Of a stretch of DNA of 64,000 bases, positions 57,296 through 64,000 are shown piece after piece. Each line of letters starts with the position of its first letter. Position 1 is the stretch's first letter. The notes beneath the pieces were generated by a model that ran no database searches, had not been told where the DNA came from, and was given only the letters and a program-made list of their open reading frames with translations. Source of the DNA: an uncultured Candidatus Saccharibacteria bacterium (GTDB taxonomy: Bacteria > Patescibacteriota > WWE3 > UBA101185 > UBA10185); contig CAZILK010000002.1 of assembly GCA_964540135.1 (NCBI GenBank), positions 33,074-97,073 of the forward strand, given 5' to 3'. Both the position numbers and the translations under genes were made by a program.

Positions 57296-57940
57296 TTAAT
57301 TAACCTCAAGAAGTCTTGCAGTTACCACCATCCTGTTTATTGTAGTTCCAGGAGGATCACATGTTTGAAGAGTTAAAATTGGCTCAATTGTTTTTCTCTT
57401 AATTGGATAGGTGTCAAAGCCTTTACGCACCTCCTTATTAAATACCTCGTATACAAAGTCTTGATTATCATAAAACACATGCACTTTATCTCCAGGTTCA
57501 AGCTTTCGTAAAAGGTTGAATGCTGTCGCGTACTTACCGAGCCTCCAAAAATTAACAGATGAATGTGCAAAGATATACACGTTTCCGGGATCGGTTGATG
57601 GGTATGGGGATGTTGCAGCATGAGCTATACCATTTTTTAAAGAATTAATATAAGCGTCTTCATTTGTAACTATGACATCACGTACAACTGGCACGTTTAC
57701 ACCTATTTTTTCAATTACAACAGAGAATTCTGTATTTACAGGGGTTAGAAGTATAGGTTTTGACGATATTAGACGCGCAAAAGGGCTATCTATCACTCCA
57801 CCCGATTCATTTAAACCATATCTTTGGTTTTTTATCTGCTTAATTTTATAGCCAACTTCTGCAAATATAACCGGTCCGTACGTCAAAAAAAGGATTAATA
57901 TCCCAGCACCAATTAATAATTCAGGCAGTTTTTTTTTCAC
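57296..57940 (-). CDS. Sortase-family transpeptidase
   Basis: N-terminal TM anchor, catalytic His context 'VYIFAHS', and TLxTC motif 'LTLQTCDP' with the conserved Arg downstream ('TTINRMVV'). Confidence 0.7.
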   Translation of the reverse strand: MKKKLPELLIGAGILILFLTYGPVIFAEVGYKIKQIKNQRYGLNESGGVIDSPFARLISSKPILLTPVNTEFSVVIEKIGVNVPVVRDVIVTNEDAYINSLKNGIAHAATSPYPSTDPGNVYIFAHSSVNFWRLGKYATAFNLLRKLEPGDKVHVFYDNQDFVYEVFNKEVRKGFDTYPIKRKTIEPILTLQTCDPPGTTINRMVVTARLLEVN

Positions 57941-57944
57941 AAGA

Positions 57945-58274
57945 CTAAAGTTTACTCAAAAATGATGAAACTACTGAAACAAGGAAGCCAAAGAGTAAAA
58001 CCGACAAAAGTGAGGCTATGCTAAAGCCCTCAACAAGATAATCGGTTAGATAGATAAACCCTATATTAATAATGAAGGAGAACAGCCCTAATGTCAGGAT
58101 ATTTATAGGGAGAGTTAAGATTGTAACAACTGGTTTGACAAAAGTGTTTAGTAAACCAAGTACAAGAGCCACTGCAAAAGCAGTAAGCAAGCTATCAAGC
58201 ACAACTCCTGGTAATAATTTTGAAACCACGAATACGGCTATGGTATTTGCAAGTAGATTAAGAATAAATTTCAT
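57945..58274 (-). CDS. Small 4-TM membrane protein, YvlD/DUF360 (Phage_holin_4_2-like) family
   Basis: 109 aa with four hydrophobic helices and an 'LPG' motif typical of the family. Confidence 0.5.
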   Translation of the reverse strand: MKFILNLLANTIAVFVVSKLLPGVVLDSLLTAFAVALVLGLLNTFVKPVVTILTLPINILTLGLFSFIINIGFIYLTDYLVEGFSIASLLSVLLFGFLVSVVSSFLSKL

Positions 58275-58314
58275 ATTCTAAGTATATTAGAATGTGGAAG
58301 AGTGATCAAGCGTA

Positions 58315-58389
58315 TGGTGCCCCAGGTAGGAATTGAACCTACATCTCACCCTTAGGAGGGGCGTGTTCTATCCGTTGAACTACAGAGGC
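58315..58389 (-). tRNA. tRNA-Arg (anticodon CCT)
   Basis: Reverse complement gives a 75-nt cloverleaf. Anticodon loop CTCCTAA, T-arm GTAGGTTCAATTCCTAC, encoded CCA. There is one U-U mismatch in the acceptor stem. Confidence 0.65.
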
Positions 58390-58487
58390 ATACCTAAGCC
58401 CACATGTCTTAAAATTAGGACTTTACAACTCAGGGGTATTTTACATTTATATTTGGGAATTATAAAGTATAATGGTTAGGTCAGTTT

Positions 58488-58575
58488 GGAGGGGTGCAAG
58501 AGTGGTTTAATTGGCCGGTCTTGAAAACCGTGCGTCTTAACGGACACGAGAGTTCGAATCTCTCCCCCTCCGCCA
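58488..58575 (+). tRNA. tRNA-Ser (anticodon TGA), class II with long variable arm
   Basis: 88 nt. Acceptor GGAGGGG/CCCCTCC, anticodon loop CTTGAAA, long variable arm, T-arm GAGAGTTCGAATCTCTC, CCA. Confidence 0.8.
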
Positions 58576-58644
58576 GTTAATTAACACATGTAAAAGGTAA
58601 TACTCTTGACCTGGCATCCTTACTTTAGTATTATTATCCTTACT

Positions 58645-58899
58645 ATGACCTATACCTCAAGTTTGACTCAAAAAGGTCAAGTAACAATTCCTCAAGAGAT
58701 AAGAAAGCACTTAAAGTTAAAGCCTTCAGACAAAGTTTTCTTTATTAAACACGAAGATAGTGTGATTATAAAACCTGCACGCAGTTTTCTAGATATAGAG
58801 GGATCTGTGAAATATAAGGTTAAGTATTCGGACTCACTCGCCGATAAGCAGGTATCAGATTACATTTCTACAGAAAATGAAGAAACTACCAATTCTTGA
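58645..58899 (+). CDS. vapB: AbrB/MazE/SpoVT-type antitoxin (VapB-like)
   Basis: Swapped-hairpin motif 'LTQKGQVTIPQEIRKHLKLKPSDKV'. Overlaps the downstream PIN gene. Confidence 0.65.
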   Translation: MTYTSSLTQKGQVTIPQEIRKHLKLKPSDKVFFIKHEDSVIIKPARSFLDIEGSVKYKVKYSDSLADKQVSDYISTENEETTNS

Positions 58900-59278
58900 T
58901 ACTAACTTAATAATTAGATTTTTAACAAACGACTCAGCTCTACAATCAGGTAAAGTTAGGGATTTGTTAAGCAATTCCTCAAAAGGCGATGTAGAAATAC
59001 CAGATATTGTGTTGGCAGAGATAATTTACGTTCTCCTTTCGGTTTACAAGCTTGCAAAAGAAGATGTGGTGGAAAAAGTCTCATTACTTATTGAACTAGA
59101 CTCAATTTCTTGTAACAAAAAGCTGATTAGAAAGGCTCTGGACTTATTTAATACTTTTCACATCTCATATATCGATGCGTATTTGGGTGCTTTAGTTGTA
59201 ACAAGAAAAAACACTAAACTGTATACCTTCGACAGGAAGCTAGTGAAGGTTTTAGGTAAAAGCGCAGTGGAACCTTAG
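58877..59278 (+). CDS. vapC: PIN-domain ribonuclease toxin (VapC-like)
   Basis: 'ILDTNLIIRFL' with the first conserved Asp. Later acidic residues (E47, D99-region, D119 'FDRKL') complete the PIN pattern. Confidence 0.7.
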   Translation: MKKLPILDTNLIIRFLTNDSALQSGKVRDLLSNSSKGDVEIPDIVLAEIIYVLLSVYKLAKEDVVEKVSLLIELDSISCNKKLIRKALDLFNTFHISYIDAYLGALVVTRKNTKLYTFDRKLVKVLGKSAVEP

Positions 59279-59436
59279 CAGTACCCACCATAACGAATTT
59301 ATACTTCCTTTAAAGAAAAGGTTCTAAGAACTTCCAACTCCCCTCCCCATAGATTAAAATTTGTCTTTTTAGAAGATATTTCGCGATCTCTTAATATAAC
59401 TGGAATTGTTGATTGCCTTTTGTTAATATTGCGACT

Positions 59437-60137
59437 ATGAGAACAACTCAAGTTTACTACCAAGATCCATACCTCAAAGAGCTAGACGCGACAGTTATAT
59501 CCGTTGAACAAAAGGCGCTTTACTTAATGTCATTTTGGATAAAACCATCTTTTATCCTGAAGGCGGCGGACAGCCCTCCGATAAAGGTATGGTTGGCACA
59601 TCTAGGATTGAGTATGTAAGGAATATTGACGGTGAGGTTGTTCACCAAGTAAAAGGTGAGCTAACTGTTGGCTCGACTGTAACTTGTGTACTTGACTGGA
59701 ACTGGCGATACAAACACATGAAAATTCAAACAGCAGGACATCTAATCCACGATGTTCTAACTTCAAAAACAAGTAACTTGGTACCAACACAAGGTAGTCA
59801 CGGTAAAAAAGCCTATATTGAGTATTTGGGTAACTACGATCCGTTGCACAAAGACGAACTAGAGGCAGAGGTGAATGCGGTATTGCAAAAAGATCTACCT
59901 GTTGTTACACGAGAAACAACATATGAAGAACTAGAAAAGCTTTGTAAGTTTCTTCCGCCTAATTTACCAAAGAATAAATCTCTACGTATGATTCAAATTG
60001 GCGACTTCTCTCCAATGCCTGACGGTGGTGTACAAGTTAAAGCAACAAAAGAGATTGGAAAGATCTGGATTGCAAGTATTGTGAACCAAGAGGACAAAAC
60101 TACCATTCGTTACGGGGTAGTGGGTAGTGAAAACTAA
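59437..60137 (+). pseudogene. alaX: AlaX-type alanyl-tRNA editing protein (AlaRS second-additional-domain homologue) interrupted by a 1-nt frameshift in an A4 run (~59509-59512)
   Basis: Frame 1 reads 'MRTTQVYYQDPYLKELDATVISVEQK'. The next frame reads 'ALLNVILDKTIFYPEGGGQPSDKG...HTAGHLI...'. These are the canonical AlaX N-terminal and zinc-binding motifs. The two ORFs overlap across 59505-59619. Confidence 0.6.
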
Positions 60138-60138
60138 C

Positions 60139-60681
60139 TTAGTGCCTAATTGCTTGAAGAATCTCACTTATCGATCCCTCTACTGTTTTGTTTGTTGTAT
60201 CAACTTCTAGTCTCGATGGGAAATTAATTACCAGTTCTGCATATACACGCCTCACTTCTTCCAAGAAGGCTAGATTCTCAAACTTATTTGTAGTACTTCT
60301 GGCATCTAATCTATTCTTTATCTGTTCTTTTGTAGCGGTTAGGTAGATTAATTTATCCGGCATTAAGATATCCGGAAAGCGTAGTCTCATTCTTAACAAC
60401 ACTGAATGATAGGCAATAGTTGAAAAGACATACCAATCGCAAACAACACTAGTGTTTTTAAGTAGAGATTTAATTTCGTATTGGGCAATATAATTGCCTA
60501 CTAAGTAGTAAAGATACCGAAATAGATAAGGGGAACTGTCTGCAAGTCGCCTTATAGGAAGTATTAATTTGGGTGGACATCTGTAATATCTTGCACCAAG
60601 CCTTCTAGCTAGCTCTTTTGATATCGAGGACTTGCCTGTTCCATCAACTCCTTCTACCACAATAAATAGATTATTAGCCAC
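60139..60681 (-). CDS. Thymidylate-kinase-family (dNMP kinase) protein with an atypical DRY-motif
   Basis: P-loop 'VVEGVDGTGKSS' is like Tmk 'IEGxDGAGKTT'. The region aligned to Tmk 'GDRHxxSTxAYQ' reads 'CDWYVFSTIAYH', so Arg is replaced by Trp. Confidence 0.6.
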   Translation of the reverse strand: MANNLFIVVEGVDGTGKSSISKELARRLGARYYRCPPKLILPIRRLADSSPYLFRYLYYLVGNYIAQYEIKSLLKNTSVVCDWYVFSTIAYHSVLLRMRLRFPDILMPDKLIYLTATKEQIKNRLDARSTTNKFENLAFLEEVRRVYAELVINFPSRLEVDTTNKTVEGSISEILQAIRH

Positions 60682-60800
60682 CTACTTATTATAATATAAA
60701 ATATCTGCTTGTTACTGAAAGCTCTAGATGAGTTCCCTTCTCAATTGCTCTAGGTTTTATACCAGATGACTGCTTTCAAGATTTTCGCTATATTGTTTGT

Positions 60801-61226
60801 ATGGACATATTTGAGATTGTTAAAAGCTTGGAATTTCCTTTAGGTAGCTACATTGTTGTTGGCAGCGGACACCTTATTGCGCTTGGCCTTAAAGACTTTA
60901 AAGATGTTGATATTGTGGTTACACCGGAAGTTTTTGCAGAGTGTTGTCGTGATCCTCATTGGGAACAAATCCCTTGGACATATCCTGAGAAGATTGGACA
61001 TATATTTTTAAGACAAGGTGTTGTTGAGCTTTACGAAGATGTGAACTCAGGCTCTTTTAATCCAACAACGGATGAGCTTCTTGAAAGAGCGGCAATTATT
61101 AATGGGGTGGCTTTTGTCTCACTTGAAGACACTCTTAACTTTAAAAAAGAGTACTGTAAAAAGAATCCAAAACACTTAGCAGACATTAATCTTATTGAGC
61201 AGTATTTAGCTAGTAAAAGCCTCTAG
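60801..61226 (+). CDS. Minimal nucleotidyltransferase (Pol-beta superfamily) domain protein
   Basis: 'VVGSGHLIALGLKDFKDVDIVV' fits the G-S-x(9-13)-D-x-D NTase signature. Confidence 0.45.
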   Translation: MDIFEIVKSLEFPLGSYIVVGSGHLIALGLKDFKDVDIVVTPEVFAECCRDPHWEQIPWTYPEKIGHIFLRQGVVELYEDVNSGSFNPTTDELLERAAIINGVAFVSLEDTLNFKKEYCKKNPKHLADINLIEQYLASKSL

Positions 61227-61279
61227 TAGAAGTTTTCAAAATCATTCCATTTCCTATTTTAATCTTGTAGACTTTACTC

Positions 61280-62065
61280 ATGCCAAACCACAAAAGATTC
61301 CAATTGATCTCACTTACAGTTTTAGTTCTTATAACAGGTCTTACTATAGCTTTTTTTATAAGTGTTAAGAGAAATGAAGGTAAAATTGTTCAGCAAAACA
61401 CAATTGTAATTGAAAATAATCTGCCAGATACTAAAACTACTGGGAATGAAAGTTACAAAGCTTTGAATGTTAAGGTTGAGGACTATTTCTGGGATGTTGA
61501 AAAACGAGAGGATAGTGGTTTGGAACAATCAGAAATACCGGAAATTGTTGAAGGTGCAAATAAACTCCTTGCAGCAAAATTAGGTGAAGAGTTTTTTGAT
61601 TCGTACGTGAAATACAGCCCAGAGAGATCTGCAAAGTATGGAAGTCTTGGTCAATACGACTTAACCTACATAGTTACGATACCTGAAAAAGATATCGCAT
61701 TTAAAACAACGTCGCATCCGGTTGTTATTAATTTAAGTCTAAATCAAGACTTATCTTTAGTACTTCCAGAACAATTAGAAGACTTACCAAACTGCGTCTT
61801 ATTGATGGATTGCCTAAGCTATCTTGATAAACAAGCAGCACTAGAAGCAGCAGCGAGTGATATCAAAAAAAGAAACATTAAAGTTACAGATATTACACTT
61901 GACTGGGATTTGAAAACTAAAGAATGGTATATAAACTATTTAGTCTCGAAAGAAACTATGAAAGAGTGTGAATTTGATTTAGGAGGAAATGTTACTTTAT
62001 ACTTTGACGCTGTTAAAAACGAGATTACAAAGACCGAAGAAGCGTGTAATGTTCCGGGGCTTTAA
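61280..62065 (+). CDS. Hypothetical membrane-anchored protein
   Basis: N-terminal TM 'LISLTVLVLITGLTIAFFI', then a 230-aa extracytoplasmic region. No motif recognised. Confidence 0.45.
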   Translation: MPNHKRFQLISLTVLVLITGLTIAFFISVKRNEGKIVQQNTIVIENNLPDTKTTGNESYKALNVKVEDYFWDVEKREDSGLEQSEIPEIVEGANKLLAAKLGEEFFDSYVKYSPERSAKYGSLGQYDLTYIVTIPEKDIAFKTTSHPVVINLSLNQDLSLVLPEQLEDLPNCVLLMDCLSYLDKQAALEAAASDIKKRNIKVTDITLDWDLKTKEWYINYLVSKETMKECEFDLGGNVTLYFDAVKNEITKTEEACNVPGL

Positions 62066-62086
62066 TTAATATAGATAAACACCGTG

Positions 62087-62674
62087 CTAATCAATGTAGT
62101 TATATAAGTCTTCGTGAACTCTCTTGTAAGTGACAAGCTCGTCTTTACTAAACCAAAGCTCTATTTCTCTTTCAGCCTCTTCAACACTTCCTGATGCATG
62201 TACTAGGTTATATATGTTTCTTTTACTGCTGTTTGCAGCAATAGCACTCTCAAGTGCAAAATCCCCTCTTATAGTTCCGGGTACTGCTTTAAAAGGCACT
62301 GTGTGACCTACAAACGCCCGAATATTCAACACTGCAGAAGGTCCTTCTAAAACCATCGCAATAACAGGCCCTGACTTTAAAAATGCAACATTATAGCCCC
62401 AAATTAGTTTCCCGATTTCAAGAGGATCTGCTGTTCCCATACTCGCTATAATATCAATATTATTTTCTTCACAGTCTTTAACTGTGTTATTACCCATACC
62501 AGTGAGTTGCTTGTCTGTTGTTAGATAGTGTTTTTTGACCATCTCGTCATTCGGTACAAGCATCTTAAGACCAACTATTTTAAGCCCAGCTCGCTCAAAT
62601 CTATGAAGTATTTCCCCAGTGATGCCTCTTTTAATAGCATCTTGTTTTAAGAGAACTAGCGACCTTTCAATCAT
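62087..62674 (-). CDS. ndk: Nucleoside diphosphate kinase with an internal insertion of about 30 aa
   Basis: 'SLVLLKQDAIKRG', 'NLVHASGSVEEAEREIELWF' (catalytic His). Extra residues lie between the alpha-A/alpha-2 hairpin and the 'SGPVIAMVLEG' strand, relative to the 143-aa E. coli Ndk. Confidence 0.8.
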   Translation of the reverse strand: MIERSLVLLKQDAIKRGITGEILHRFERAGLKIVGLKMLVPNDEMVKKHYLTTDKQLTGMGNNTVKDCEENNIDIIASMGTADPLEIGKLIWGYNVAFLKSGPVIAMVLEGPSAVLNIRAFVGHTVPFKAVPGTIRGDFALESAIAANSSKRNIYNLVHASGSVEEAEREIELWFSKDELVTYKRVHEDLYNYID

Positions 62675-62722
62675 GGAGTAAGATTAGCAAACTTGCATTA
62701 AAAGCACCACACTTTTTTAAAG

Positions 62723-63808
62723 TTACAACAGCTGCTCAGTCATTGTATAAGAACCATCAGCTCTCACTCTTAAGATACTAAATCTCGAAGTCTGCAAAAG
62801 CGACTGAGGTTTATCATTTATTGTCTTAGTAACTGCACCAACAACATAGTGCATCAAGCTCTCTTTTTGAGGATCAATATTCTCAGAAGATAAGTGGTGA
62901 TCCCCGGCAATCACAGCTTTTACGTTACTACTCCTAACTAATTCAAGCATGGCGTCTGCTTGTTCTCTAACAGTAAGAATATTCTCACCATCAGAGTTAC
63001 CCATAACCTTATTTGATGGGTGATACAAAGGTTGAGATAGTATGACAAAATCTGCGTCTGTTACTTCACTTTTAAACCAAGTAAAGTCACTCTCTGGTAC
63101 TCTTGAGAAATTCCTACTGTTATCAAAAACTACAAACTTCACGTCTCCCAGTTTAAAAGCGTGTTTATTATCTCCGAAAACTTTAATAAAATTTTCAGGT
63201 CCTGTAGTTTCCCATAAGTCGCGATCGCCGGGTATAACATAGTAAGGAACAGAACTTAAATCTAATTCTTGTTTTGCCGCTTCTAAATCAGCAATTAACC
63301 CAAGATCGGTCACATCGCCGGTATGAATTATTGCATCCACTTCTTGATTCTGTGCTAATATTAACGAAGCCTTTAAGTTTGATGAGTCGTTATGTGAATC
63401 TGCAAAAATAGCGATTGTAATATTATCAGCCTCTGTCTTATTAGCAATGTCCTGCTCATCAGTGCTAATACCTGTAGATGTGCTTGTATCAGAAGCCTCT
63501 GCGTTGTTTTCTTGAGGGACCTCCTCTTCAACAGCAGCGGCAATCTCCTGGCGATTTACAACTTCAGAATTATATTTTTCATAGCCTTTTGTCAACATCC
63601 CGGCAACCTGCCCTACCTTTGAATCAGCCGGAATTCTTCTTGAATAGTCATAAAAAACAAGCTGCGGATTTTTCTCTGATAAAAACTTCATACCGTAAGA
63701 TATAGAGAAAACAAAAACAGATATTATTGTTATAGATACAAACGACCTCGTAAACCTTGCAAATAAACTCTTCTTTTTAGTTGTCTCTGATGAGTGTCTT
63801 CTTAACAT
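62723..63808 (-). CDS. Membrane-anchored calcineurin-like metallophosphoesterase
   Basis: N-terminal TM. Motifs 'IAIFADSH' (DxH), 'IIHTGDVTD' (GD), 'IPGDRD' (GNHD-like) and 'IAGDHHLS' (GDHH). Confidence 0.7.
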   Translation of the reverse strand: MLRRHSSETTKKKSLFARFTRSFVSITIISVFVFSISYGMKFLSEKNPQLVFYDYSRRIPADSKVGQVAGMLTKGYEKYNSEVVNRQEIAAAVEEEVPQENNAEASDTSTSTGISTDEQDIANKTEADNITIAIFADSHNDSSNLKASLILAQNQEVDAIIHTGDVTDLGLIADLEAAKQELDLSSVPYYVIPGDRDLWETTGPENFIKVFGDNKHAFKLGDVKFVVFDNSRNFSRVPESDFTWFKSEVTDADFVILSQPLYHPSNKVMGNSDGENILTVREQADAMLELVRSSNVKAVIAGDHHLSSENIDPQKESLMHYVVGAVTKTINDKPQSLLQTSRFSILRVRADGSYTMTEQLL

Positions 63809-64000
63809 ATCAAACCTTTTCCGTAGCTTTTATACCTAAAATACTAAGCCCGTTATGTAATACTATTTTAACTCCATATGTTATGAAAAGTCTAAAATCT
63901 CGCAATTGTAACGGCTGTGAGGTTAGTACAGGCACATCATTATAAAAGTTATTAAACAATTTAGACAGCTTGAAAAGATACTCGCACAATATACTTGGTG

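Overview
The window is a low-GC (~37-40% by eye), gene-dense bacterial chromosome segment. Most genes are on the minus strand. Several features together suggest a small-genome Patescibacteria/CPR-like organism (inference): a short EF-Ts, rpsB-tsf-frr with no pyrH, a Zn-ribbon L28, GH57 enzymes, a sortase, and many short proteins. The housekeeping core is: recR-dnaX, pth-ybeY-rpsU, rseP-frr-tsf-rpsB, dprA-topA, the mreB-mreC-mreD-PBP2 rod complex, def-fmt, L28, secE-nusG-rplK-rplA-rplJ-rplL closed by a strong terminator, murA/murB/folD, eight tRNAs, an alpha-glucan (glycogen) cluster with two tandem GH57 genes and two synthases, a second mreB next to a TagA-like GT26, and a sortase/PEGA/cell-surface cluster. 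Six things stand out. (1) A mosaic accessory island (about 18.1-30.1 kb) begins at a tRNA Thr-Tyr-Thr / tRNA-Trp cluster. It holds several markedly higher-GC ORFs and unusual domain fusions: excisionase-type HTH fused to CYTH, winged-HTH fused to a degenerate 2-hydroxyacid dehydrogenase next to an intact paralog, and a nucleoside-2-deoxyribosyltransferase-like domain fused to RHH beside a PRTase-like ORF. It also holds a frameshifted VOC gene. (2) A translationally coupled pyrimidine module: a tandem cytidylyltransferase, a dCMP deaminase, and a 515-aa ThyA-fold enzyme with a ~200-aa N-terminal domain of unknown function. A GalT/HIT-like gene lies divergently beside it. (3) A ~260-nt leader ending in an intrinsic terminator 13 nt before folD, which may be a riboswitch or attenuator. 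(4) Three tandem 19-bp repeats on the topA promoter. (5) A VapBC pair next to tRNA-Ser/Arg. (6) A frameshifted alaX and an atypical Tmk-like kinase. No CRISPR array, rRNA or obvious transposase was seen.
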